38,238 nucleotides of DNA. Origin: a virus. Every line of letters starts with the position of its first letter. Position 1 is the stretch's first letter. Under the pieces are notes generated by a model, which did no database searches, was not told the origin of the DNA, and saw only the letters and a list, made by a program, of their open reading frames with translations. The position numbers and the translations under genes were made by a program. Positions 1 to 7,896 of the stretch are shown here, piece by piece. Location of the stretch: the IMG/VR virus record IMGVR_UViG_3300043640_000112, positions 1-38,238 of that record. One strand, 5' to 3'.

Positions 1-127
1 ATGTGTATCTGGGGTATGAAGATCTTTAGGATAATATAGACGCTCAATTTCTTTACCAAGTTCTTTGGCTAAATCTTTCAGATCGTCTATTTTTTCACTA
101 TGTGTGTGTCCGCTGATTAAAATATTC
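1..127. repeat. Terminal overlap: identical to 38112-38238, marking a circular or terminally redundant contig
   Basis: Direct comparison of the first 127 nt with the last 127 nt shows an exact match. ORFs read through the junction. Confidence 0.95.
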
Positions 128-192
128 ATAATCCCCCCGTGAGTTTTACCTAATAAAAACGACACACACGATAACATATGTTCTTCACTCAT
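1..192 (-). CDS. Hypothetical small protein, 65 aa once the circle is closed. The ATG is at 192-190 and the last two codons plus stop lie at 38111-38106.
   Basis: My translation is [65 protein letters not shown]. Its start overlaps the upstream stop as TAATG. It contains an ISGHTH motif but is far too short for a phosphoesterase. Confidence 0.4.
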   Translation of the reverse strand, partial: MSEEHMLSCVSFLLGKTHGGIMNILISGHTHSEKIDDLKDLAKELGKEIERLYYPKDLHTPDTH

Positions 193-407
193 TAACCCCC
201 TCCATTTTCTAATAAATCAATATGGCCTATAGCGGCAAAACGTGCTTCTTGATCACTTTCATAAGCTTCATTTCCACATATAGCATCTCTAAAATTAATT
301 TCTTTTCCATTAAGAAATCTATTTTTTAATTGTTGATAGATTATATAGTAAGATTTTTTTTTAGAATCATTTAATATTTCAAATTCATATTCACCAAACT
401 TTTCCAT
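192..407 (-). CDS. Hypothetical protein (71 aa)
   Basis: ORF in the track, tightly packed in the leftward operon, coupled by TAATG to the next gene. I recognise no motif. Confidence 0.5.
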   Translation of the reverse strand: MEKFGEYEFEILNDSKKKSYYIIYQQLKNRFLNGKEINFRDAICGNEAYESDQEARFAAIGHIDLLENGGG

Positions 408-628
408 TATACTGCCTCCAATCGATCATAAAAGTGCAGGAAACTACGGCATAATTCCGCGAATCCTTCCATTGCTACAGGATGTATCCCTGATTCTGCA
501 ACCGCACTTTCTACATCATCTGTGTCTAACTGTAAATCGAAACCGAAACATTTATTTTTCTTAATCCATATATTGTAATCTTGCGCCATTAAATCATATA
601 AAGTTATTTCAGAAATACTTTTAGACAT
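407..628 (-). CDS. Hypothetical protein (about 73 aa from the internal Met)
   Basis: ORF 407-673. The Met at 628 is preceded by AAGGAG at about 7 nt spacing, so I prefer this shorter start. Confidence 0.5.
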   Translation of the reverse strand: MSKSISEITLYDLMAQDYNIWIKKNKCFGFDLQLDTDDVESAVAESGIHPVAMEGFAELCRSFLHFYDRLEAV

Positions 629-638
629 TTGAATCTCC

Positions 639-851
639 TTATTCTTGGTCTTCGATTGGTAAGCTTTGTACATATGCTTCTACTACATTAAGTTGAAAAG
701 CTAGCTCATGATAGAACTCTTTTAATTCTTTGGTACTAACGCTTTCATGATTTTTAAATTTACATAAATATGTGTTGTATTCTAATACGATTGAATGAGC
801 CATACATTCATGTTTAAAGTTACTCCTTGTAATATCTATTTTTAATTTCAT
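639..851 (-). CDS. Hypothetical protein (about 70 aa from the internal Met)
   Basis: ORF 639-917. The Met at 851 (MKLKIDITR...) follows an AAGGA ribosome-binding site. Confidence 0.45.
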   Translation of the reverse strand: MKLKIDITRSNFKHECMAHSIVLEYNTYLCKFKNHESVSTKELKEFYHELAFQLNVVEAYVQSLPIEDQE

Positions 852-1031
852 TTCTATTTCCTTAAGTATTGTTGCGAAAACCCATGTTACAACACTTGAA
901 ATAATATTACAATACATGAAAGGAAATTAGAGTGATTTTGTAGATATCTATCTGTGTGCTATCTTTGTATTTGGGAGGTAGAGGACGACACATTACTTTA
1001 TCGTGATAACAGCTCTGTAGTGCCTCGCGAG

Positions 1032-1049
1032 TTATTAATCGATTAATAA
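1032..1049. promoter_or_regulatory. 18-bp perfect palindrome TTATTAATCGATTAATAA in a divergent intergenic region (operator candidate)
   Basis: Read directly. Nearby are TAGATATCTA (about 945-954) and TTATC-GT-GATAA (about 998-1009). Confidence 0.4.
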
Positions 1050-1071
1050 TATATTTCACAGGAGCCCTTAA

Positions 1072-1248
1072 ATGAGCGAAATAAAAAACTATTCAGACGA
1101 GAAGGAAGATACCCATTACAATGGCGTTCCTTCTATGTACGGCAAAATGGTAAATGAGCAAAATAAAATGCAGCCTAAATATTGCGAACCTGGCGAAGCT
1201 GGTGGTGGAATGCGCGGTGAGCACAGTAATGAACAAGCTGGACCATAA
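1072..1248 (+). CDS. Small hypothetical protein (58 aa, below the ORF-track cutoff)
   Basis: The ATG is preceded by GGAG. Translation: MSEIKNYSDEKEDTHYNGVPSMYGKMVNEQNKMQPKYCEPGEAGGGMRGEHSNEQAGP. Confidence 0.35.
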   Translation: MSEIKNYSDEKEDTHYNGVPSMYGKMVNEQNKMQPKYCEPGEAGGGMRGEHSNEQAGP

Positions 1249-1282
1249 TGATTAGGCACTATAAAGTACAAAAGGTTAAATA

Positions 1283-1663
1283 ATGGGCATATGGAAAGAA
1301 TCTAAATACCGTCCTGAGTACTGCGAGGTAGCTATTGAAGTGCTATCCGCAGGAAAAAGTTTAGCGGCAGTTTGTGCGCAAATAGGAATATGTCGGGAAA
1401 CTCTTACAAACTGGAAAAATGCTCATCCTGACTTTAATGCAGCCATGCGATTTGGTGTACAAAAATGTCAAGTTTATTGGGAAGATATGGGGATGGATGG
1501 AATCCAAGGAAATATAGAAAAATTTGGAGCCTCTCCTTGGATCTTTTCCATGAAAAACCGTTTCCGTGAAGACTACAAAGAAGAAAAAGAAGACAAATCA
1601 GATACTGCCGTATCAGTGCTCGAGAAAATCATATCGGGTGAACTAAAGATAAAAAATGATTGA
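1283..1663 (+). CDS. terS: Terminase small subunit (HTH type)
   Basis: N-terminal pattern KYRPEYCEVAIEVLSAGKSLAAVCAQIGICRETLTNWKNAHPDF is typical of HTH small terminases. The gene overlaps the terL start by 8 nt. Confidence 0.7.
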   Translation: MGIWKESKYRPEYCEVAIEVLSAGKSLAAVCAQIGICRETLTNWKNAHPDFNAAMRFGVQKCQVYWEDMGMDGIQGNIEKFGASPWIFSMKNRFREDYKEEKEDKSDTAVSVLEKIISGELKIKND

Positions 1664-3158
1664 TGTCTACAATTTGGAAGATTTTGCACCTGCGTTTTTT
1701 AAAATCTCTGACAAACAAGGGCAGCTTGTGCCATTTGTGTTTAACCGATCACAATTATTTGTACACGCAAAAATTGAAAACCAACTAAAACGATTAGGTT
1801 ACGTACGCGTGTTGATTTTGAAAGGACGCCAGCAAGGGATATCTACATATATACAAGCTAGGTTTTTTCACCGGGTATTAACAATGCCCGGTACAAATGC
1901 TTTTATCCTTACGCATATGACTGATGCCACCCAAGCCATTTTTGAAATGACAAAGCGATATAACAATAATTTACCTAAGGGTTTAGCGCCCACTCCTGAT
2001 AAAGACAACGAAAATAGACTGTTGTTTAATAGGCTATCATCAGGATACAGGGTTGGTACCGCTGGCTCTAAAACCATCGGACGCTCCATGACGAATCAAT
2101 TACTCCATTTGTCAGAATATGCGATGTATGACCAACATGTGGAAATTAAGACAGGCATTGAACAAACTGTTGCTGATTTACCCGGAACTGAAAAGATAAA
2201 AGAGTCAACGGCCAAAGGTATAAACAACGCGTTTTATATGGATTGGATGGACGCTAAAGAGGGAAAATCAGATTGGGAGACCATCTTCGTCCCGTGGTAT
2301 TGGGATGACGGTTATACAAGAGGCGCAAAAGATATTATCCTAAGTGAAGAGGAAAAGGATTGGTTGCAATTATATAAAACCGACGGCCTAACGATGAACC
2401 ACATTGCATGGCGAAGAAATAAACTTGCGGATTTTGATGGTGATTACGAACAAAAGTGCAAACAATTTAGACAAGAATATCCTTTTACCGATGAAGAGGC
2501 CTTTTTAAACTCTATTACTGACACCTTTATCACGGTTGAACCTGTGCAACAGGCCCGTAGAAACAAGGTATTTAGCGAAGCGGCCCTGATAATAGGTGTT
2601 GACCCCGCAAGAGGCGGTGAAGACAAGAGTGCGGTATGCAGGAGAAACGGACGTGTTGTCACAAACATTGAGACCTACAAGGGATTAAACACCATGCAGT
2701 TAGCCGGCAAGCTTAAGTTAATTCTGGATAACGAACGACCACACAAGATGTTTATAGATAGCATAGGTATTGGAGCTGGCGTGGTAGACAGATTGCAGGA
2801 AATGGGATATGAAAATGTAATAGGAATAAATGTCTCGCGCAAATCATCTTTGCCTGATAGATTTAAAAATCTGCGTTCAGAATTATGGTCAGAGATGCGA
2901 GATTGGTTTAATCAAGATATGCCTGTGCAGATTCCAGACGATCCCGAGCTGCAAAAAGAAATATGCGGTCTTGGGTCTCATCCAGATAGCTCTGGCAGGC
3001 TACAAATTGAAAGCAAGGATGATGCGAAAGGACGTGGAATGAAAAGCCCTGACTGTGCCGATGCTCTGATGATTACATTTGCCTATGGACAACACGCGGG
3101 AATATCATCTTACCAACCTAATTTTATACCGGAACATACAGCAGGACGATTGATTTAA
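1656..3158 (+). CDS. terL: Terminase large subunit (500 aa)
   Basis: Walker-A-like LKGRQQGIST, a C-terminal nuclease-like region (GVDPARGGEDKSA...), a size typical of P22-like gp2, and a position between terS and portal. Confidence 0.88.
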   Translation: MIDVYNLEDFAPAFFKISDKQGQLVPFVFNRSQLFVHAKIENQLKRLGYVRVLILKGRQQGISTYIQARFFHRVLTMPGTNAFILTHMTDATQAIFEMTKRYNNNLPKGLAPTPDKDNENRLLFNRLSSGYRVGTAGSKTIGRSMTNQLLHLSEYAMYDQHVEIKTGIEQTVADLPGTEKIKESTAKGINNAFYMDWMDAKEGKSDWETIFVPWYWDDGYTRGAKDIILSEEEKDWLQLYKTDGLTMNHIAWRRNKLADFDGDYEQKCKQFRQEYPFTDEEAFLNSITDTFITVEPVQQARRNKVFSEAALIIGVDPARGGEDKSAVCRRNGRVVTNIETYKGLNTMQLAGKLKLILDNERPHKMFIDSIGIGAGVVDRLQEMGYENVIGINVSRKSSLPDRFKNLRSELWSEMRDWFNQDMPVQIPDDPELQKEICGLGSHPDSSGRLQIESKDDAKGRGMKSPDCADALMITFAYGQHAGISSYQPNFIPEHTAGRLI

Positions 3159-3224
3159 CGGTGTATAGTTCAGGCTGGTAGAACTGATGTTGAGATAGCG
3201 CTGGTTCGAATCCAGCTACGCCGA
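3159..3224 (+). tRNA. tRNA-like element with a truncated or non-canonical anticodon arm (66 nt, no encoded CCA)
   Basis: Hand fold: acceptor CGGTGTA/TACGCCG is 7 bp with one G-U pair. U8-A9 are present. The D arm is GTTC-AGGCTGGTA-GAAC. The T arm is GCTGG-TTCGAAT-CCAGC. Only 14 nt (GATGTTGAGATAGC) lie where about 22 nt of anticodon arm plus variable loop are expected. Confidence 0.5.
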
Positions 3225-3257
3225 CTTATTTAAAGTGTATGATTTAAAGGATTAGAT

Positions 3258-3440
3258 ATGTATTTATTACAAGACGTGATGATAGATGAAAAAAAAGAAA
3301 TGTTATTAATACATAAGATTGAAAATTTATATCATTTTTTGCATGGCGCGCATAATGTTTGTGACCATGAAAATTCAAGTTCAACTTTTCATCAAGCCTG
3401 TCATGCGGTTCAGGAAATAATTAATTTTATTAAAAATTAG
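3258..3440 (+). CDS. Hypothetical His/Cys-containing 60-aa protein bracketed by the two tRNA-like elements
   Basis: ORF with an AAAGGA ribosome-binding site. Its stop (TAG, 3438-3440) abuts the first base of the second tRNA-like element. Confidence 0.4.
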   Translation: MYLLQDVMIDEKKEMLLIHKIENLYHFLHGAHNVCDHENSSSTFHQACHAVQEIINFIKN

Positions 3441-3519
3441 GAACTGAGAGCGGCGCATTGGGAAGTCCGCCACGTATAAAAGCGTATGAATTAGAGTTCG
3501 AATCTCTACAGTTCCACCA
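3440..3519 (+). tRNA. tRNA-like element with encoded CCA and a non-canonical D/anticodon region
   Basis: Acceptor GGAACTG/CAGTTCC is 7 perfect bp, followed by discriminator A and CCA. The T arm is TAGAG-TTCGAAT-CTCTA. I found no 5-bp stem with a 7-nt loop for the anticodon arm. The best pairing is ACGT/GCGT with a 6-nt loop. Confidence 0.5.
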
Positions 3520-3541
3520 ACAACCTAACTAAAAGGATTTA

Positions 3542-5869
3542 GTGATGGCCAAGAAAAATGAAAAAATAGCACGTGAAGCGCGGCTCGCCTGTGAAAAATG
3601 GCGCGAGGGTTTCAAGTGGAATATTGACCAATACCACGAGATGCATACCTTTGTTCTAGGCCAGCAATGGACGGACGAAGAAGAAGACGACATGATTAAA
3701 ACGTTTCGTAAAGTGCCGATGGTTGCTAATAAACTCGGTGCTATGGCGAACTCGTTACTCGGTGAGCAACAACAAAATACCCCGCAGCTTCAAGTCGTAC
3801 CGATGACTAACTGTGATGAGAATATAGCACATCTTCGAGAACTCATTGTTAAAGACATTATGTTTTCTACTGATGCCACCATTACCTATCAAGTTGCTGC
3901 TGGTCAAGCTGCAATAGGTGGCTATTCTGCTTTCTATGTTGGCACAGATTATACCCATCAACGATCATTTGACCTTGATGTTTGTTATGGTCATTTCAAA
4001 GATGCAACTCGCACCTATTTTGATATTAGTGCCGAGACTCCAAACAAAACAGATGGAATGCACGGTGGCTATATAACTCGTATGAGTCGCGAGAAATTTA
4101 TAAAAATATATGGCAAAGACTTAGAAGAAAAAATATCTAAAACTATGAGCCCTACCGCAAGTCAAGAAGATATAGCACTGGCTGTGCAACCATCTGAAGG
4201 AGATGATCCTTTCACATGGGCAGATAATGAAGCTATTACTATACTAGACCATTTTAAGAGAAAATTTTCAAATGATACGCTGTATAAATTATCAAATGGA
4301 AAAACTTATAATCAAGAAGAACTTGATGAATTAATAGAAGTCTCTAAAGAAAAGAATGCGTTGCTTGAACAGCACAGAGAAGATATCGATTTAACTCAAG
4401 CTATTGGTCAAGATATGCCTGGTATGAATAGGATGCCGGAAAACGGATTGAACGAAAATTACGGAATGAACGACGTTCAATCCGGTGAATCTCAAGGTAT
4501 TGCCAGCATGGGAGACTCAAATGCCGAAGAAGTCGAAAAGGCTGACGAGTTTGACGAAAACATGATAACACTTTGGGATGATGGAGAACCTGTACGCATT
4601 GAAGATAAGAGAAACTTTAAATCATATAAAATTTGGCATTATAAGATTGCTGGTGATTACATATTAGAGGATGGTGAATTTCCAGCCGAACAACTTCCTA
4701 TAATATTTATGGATCAAAATTCATTTTACGATAAGAATGGTAAGCAGATTTGTCGCAGCTTCTTTGGGGACTGTAGAGACACTCAGCGCTATATAAATTA
4801 TATCCGTACTCAATCAGCCTTTATACTAAAAATATCGCGCTACGATCAGTTTATAGGCTCTAAGAAGAACGTTCAGGGGTTAGATACCCAACGTAACTGG
4901 CGTGACCCTAATAGTGTCCAAGGTCTATTAGCTTATGATGAATCACCATCTGGAGCTAAGCCGGAACAGTTAAGACCTCCTGAATTATCAGCATCCTTAC
5001 TTCAACAATATGAAATTGCGATACAGGATTTGTATCTGGCTACTGGTTTATATCCTACGCAGCTAGGACAACAAGGTAATGAAGTATCAGGAAGTGCAAT
5101 TGATGCGCGTACGCGTCAAGGCTCTTATGCAACTTATTGCTTTTTCAACTCAGTAAACCGAGCTATAACTACAGGAGGCTCTGTAGTGAATGAAATGATA
5201 CCTCGAGTTTATGATTCGGAACGCGTTATAACATTGATGATGCCGGATGAAGGCATGAAAAATATCACTGTTAATAAGCAAATGGATGACTATGGCGAAT
5301 TGATAGAAAACGACATAAGAAAAGGAACTTATGAAGTCAGACTTAAAGCAGGGCCAAGTTTCGAAGGGCAGAAAGCAGAAGCGTTGCAATCCTTGCGCGA
5401 AGTTCTACAAGCAGACCCAGAAACCTTTAAGTTGGTTGCCGACTTGTATGCTGACAATCTACCTCTCTCTAACAATCTTGAAATTAAAAACAGATTAAAA
5501 ACCATTGTGCCGCCTGAAATCATTGAAGCAGGTAAAACAGGCAAGATGCCTAATGAAATGGGCAAAAATCAACCCACACCTGAACAAATGCAAATGCAAA
5601 TGCAACAACAACAAATGCAGATGGAGCAACAATTTAAACAGCAACAAATTGAAATTAAAAAGCAGGAATTACAGCTTAAAGCACAACAAATGCAAATTGA
5701 TTTGGAAATAGAGCATCAAAAATTACAAGCAGAAGAGATGTCTGTAATGGGAGAAATAGAAGAAAGTAAAATGCGTTATATGGCTGAAACAGGACGGACT
5801 GAAGCCGATACATCGATAGCTCATGCTAATAATTTGGTAAAACTATTAACGCATAAAATGGATTTATAA
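3542..5869 (+). CDS. Portal protein with a long C-terminal Gln/Met-rich coiled-coil (barrel-like). The ATG at 3545 may be the true start.
   Basis: 775 aa, immediately after the terminase genes. The N-terminal pattern is typical of P22-type portals. The C-terminus is a Q-rich heptad region. Confidence 0.88.
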   Translation: MMAKKNEKIAREARLACEKWREGFKWNIDQYHEMHTFVLGQQWTDEEEDDMIKTFRKVPMVANKLGAMANSLLGEQQQNTPQLQVVPMTNCDENIAHLRELIVKDIMFSTDATITYQVAAGQAAIGGYSAFYVGTDYTHQRSFDLDVCYGHFKDATRTYFDISAETPNKTDGMHGGYITRMSREKFIKIYGKDLEEKISKTMSPTASQEDIALAVQPSEGDDPFTWADNEAITILDHFKRKFSNDTLYKLSNGKTYNQEELDELIEVSKEKNALLEQHREDIDLTQAIGQDMPGMNRMPENGLNENYGMNDVQSGESQGIASMGDSNAEEVEKADEFDENMITLWDDGEPVRIEDKRNFKSYKIWHYKIAGDYILEDGEFPAEQLPIIFMDQNSFYDKNGKQICRSFFGDCRDTQRYINYIRTQSAFILKISRYDQFIGSKKNVQGLDTQRNWRDPNSVQGLLAYDESPSGAKPEQLRPPELSASLLQQYEIAIQDLYLATGLYPTQLGQQGNEVSGSAIDARTRQGSYATYCFFNSVNRAITTGGSVVNEMIPRVYDSERVITLMMPDEGMKNITVNKQMDDYGELIENDIRKGTYEVRLKAGPSFEGQKAEALQSLREVLQADPETFKLVADLYADNLPLSNNLEIKNRLKTIVPPEIIEAGKTGKMPNEMGKNQPTPEQMQMQMQQQQMQMEQQFKQQQIEIKKQELQLKAQQMQIDLEIEHQKLQAEEMSVMGEIEESKMRYMAETGRTEADTSIAHANNLVKLLTHKMDL

Positions 5870-5897
5870 AGGATTTAAATAAACAGGGGATGTTGAA

Positions 5898-6800
5898 ATG
5901 GCTACAGAATTTGGAAATATTGATGATATGTTAATAGGAGGGACGTCGCCGAGTATTCCGCCGACATCTGAGAGCAAAGACGATTATCAAATAGCAGATG
6001 ATGCACCGGATAATGATTTAGATACTCCGGAACCTACGAACAAAGATGATTTTTATTCGACACCTAAAGAAAAATCTATTGAAGATGAAAAACCTTTTGA
6101 TGAACCACAAGAGAAAGAAACTGATTCTGACGATTATGGTAATCCTAAAGAAAAGCCTCGCACTTATACAGAAGAAGAAGTTAATGAAATGTTTAGGAAG
6201 CGTTTTAAAAATCGCACAGAAGAAGAAGTAAAACCAACTCCTCAACAATATGCTCAAGCTGAAGCAACAGGTTTTGAATATAATCCTGAGTCTAACGATA
6301 ATTGGGAAGTGCAACTCAAACATTTTGTAAAACAAACTGTTTCACAAATGCAGGTAGAGGAAGTTCAAAAACAAAATACATTAAGAGAAAAACAAGCGCA
6401 TGTTGAATTTCAAGATAAATTTATTCAAGGAATGGAAAAATTCAATGATTTTAAAGAAATTGTAGCATCTCAGCCCATTGATGATGCAATGACTTTAGCT
6501 TTAAGAGAAATATCTAATCCAGCTGCCTTTATTTATGCTGCCAGTAAACGCCAACCTCAAGAGCTTGAACGGATATCAAAAATTAGCAATCCAAACGCGC
6601 GCTATGCAGAAATGATTCGTCTTGAAGAACGCATGAAAAAAGCAGCTCAAGGAACTAAAGCACCTAAGCCCATAAGCCGTAGTAGTAACGATGCATCAAT
6701 TCCAGTTAAAGCCAAACCAAAAGAACCTAGTATTGAGGACTTAATTGCAAGTTCTGATGCTAAGAGGCGTGCACAGATGACAGCTAAGCGAGGAAGATAG
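5898..6800 (+). CDS. Scaffolding protein
   Basis: 300 aa, highly charged and helical, acidic at the N-terminus, located between portal and capsid. Confidence 0.65.
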   Translation: MATEFGNIDDMLIGGTSPSIPPTSESKDDYQIADDAPDNDLDTPEPTNKDDFYSTPKEKSIEDEKPFDEPQEKETDSDDYGNPKEKPRTYTEEEVNEMFRKRFKNRTEEEVKPTPQQYAQAEATGFEYNPESNDNWEVQLKHFVKQTVSQMQVEEVQKQNTLREKQAHVEFQDKFIQGMEKFNDFKEIVASQPIDDAMTLALREISNPAAFIYAASKRQPQELERISKISNPNARYAEMIRLEERMKKAAQGTKAPKPISRSSNDASIPVKAKPKEPSIEDLIASSDAKRRAQMTAKRGR

Positions 6801-6809
6801 AAGCGAAAA

Positions 6810-6826
6810 GCCCCTTAAATAGGGGC
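6810..6826. terminator. Hairpin GCCCCT-TAAAT-AGGGGC, overlapping the palindrome GGCGTTAACGCC. Likely terminator for the leftward gene 6878-7126.
   Basis: 6-bp GC stem. On the minus strand it is followed by TTTTCGCTTC. There is no T-run on the plus strand. Confidence 0.45.
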
Positions 6827-6877
6827 GTTAACGCCGACCAGGATTCCCCGATCCATTTAGAAGAATTATATTTTATT

Positions 6878-7126
6878 TTATTGTAGAAAGCTAGGTTCTT
6901 TTTCAGAATAAATAGTATTCATATATGTTAAATCACCATCATTCTGCGTATCAAATTGCCTTTCAATATCTAATGTATCTATGTATTTCCAAAATTCTTG
7001 GCCATCAGAATCACTTATTAGAGCTAATGCAGAGACAGGAGAAAATACTTCAGTTTGGTCATTTTCATTAATATATATATTCCAATGATTAGTAACCGGG
7101 ACAACATTTTTAATGTTAAGTTTCAT
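6878..7126 (-). CDS. Hypothetical protein (82 aa), opposite-strand moron-like gene inside the head module
   Basis: Clean ORF on the opposite strand, with a very AT-rich upstream region and a hairpin downstream. Confidence 0.55.
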   Translation of the reverse strand: MKLNIKNVVPVTNHWNIYINENDQTEVFSPVSALALISDSDGQEFWKYIDTLDIERQFDTQNDGDLTYMNTIYSEKEPSFLQ

Positions 7127-7189
7127 TTTCTGCTTACCTTATAATTAAAATTATGCATTGTATGTATTTTGGGTATTAATGCAACCTTG

Positions 7190-7233
7190 CAATAACAATA
7201 ATTTAATATATATTTCTCTTATTATTGTTATTG
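7190..7233. promoter_or_regulatory. 13-bp perfect inverted repeat CAATAACAATAAT / ATTATTGTTATTG with an 18-nt spacer
   Basis: Read directly in the divergent region between 7126 and 7442. A second inverted repeat, TTAAGTAA...TTACTTAA, follows at about 7263-7300. Confidence 0.4.
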
Positions 7234-7441
7234 AGTAACCATAAATCTGTGAGAAAGTCTAGTTAAGTAATTTATATCAATAACTTACTTAAAGTATAAA
7301 TACATTATTAAGAGGGTTGATTTACTGTGATCAAACTGAGGATTAAATTTACTGAAAATTTTATACTAGATTTATACCAAACTTATCAAGAGATAATTAA
7401 TGGAGTTATCCCCAGAAAATGTGGATAAGAAAAGGAGGAAC

Positions 7442-7702
7442 ATGAATATTTTAGAAGAAGCATTAAAATTGGTTAATGGAGATAGGCAACAAAATTATGG
7501 AGACATACATGATTCATTTAATCGAATTGCAGGGTTTTGGTCAGCATATTTAGGTATACATGTAGATATATTTGATGTTGCAAAAATGATGATTTTATTG
7601 AAAGTTTCACGCGCCAAAGATAATAATCATATTGATAGTTATATCGATATTGCAGGTTATGTGGCATGTATTGAAAAATTATTGAATACAAAAGATATTT
7701 AA
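7442..7702 (+). CDS. Conserved small phage protein (86 aa). It resembles the family I recall as DUF6378.
   Basis: Strong ribosome-binding site AAAAGGAGG before the ATG at 7442. Motifs present: GDRQQNYG, IAGFWSAYLG, DVAKMMILLKVSRA and DSYIDIAGY. Confidence 0.55.
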   Translation: MNILEEALKLVNGDRQQNYGDIHDSFNRIAGFWSAYLGIHVDIFDVAKMMILLKVSRAKDNNHIDSYIDIAGYVACIEKLLNTKDI

Positions 7703-7713
7703 TTATTTGTGAT

Positions 7714-7742
7714 TTGACAGATTGTTAATACAATACTAAGAT
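7714..7742 (+). promoter_or_regulatory. Sigma70-like promoter candidate TTGACA-N17-TAAGAT upstream of the capsid gene
   Basis: Consensus -35 hexamer, 17-nt spacer, acceptable -10 hexamer. It lies about 155 nt upstream of the capsid ATG. Confidence 0.45.
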
Positions 7743-7896
7743 AGTTTTAATTATTACTGATGTGTATTGGCCTCCATCAGCCGCTGCTAAAAAAAATTGG
7801 CGTGTAATTCGTCTTCCGCCGGACAAATGATAGTTAGGAGCTTAAGCATGATGCTTGAGTAATTAATCAACATTTGTTCGTCAGGGAGATAGAACA

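Noticed and set aside
1-127. 127-bp repeat as a genuine direct terminal repeat of the virion DNA
   Set aside because: The length equals a common assembler k-mer, genes run across the junction, and P22-type terminase gene order fits headful packaging. This cannot be excluded without reads.
1-192. ISGHTH motif suggesting a metallophosphoesterase
   Set aside because: The ORF is only 65 aa and lacks the other phosphoesterase motifs (DxH, GDxxDR, GNHD/E). At most it is a fragment or a coincidence.
3159-3519. tRNA-like sequences as attP sites for integration
   Set aside because: The genome has no integrase or excisionase. Both elements also carry the 5' acceptor strand, not only the 3' tRNA portion typical of attP cores.
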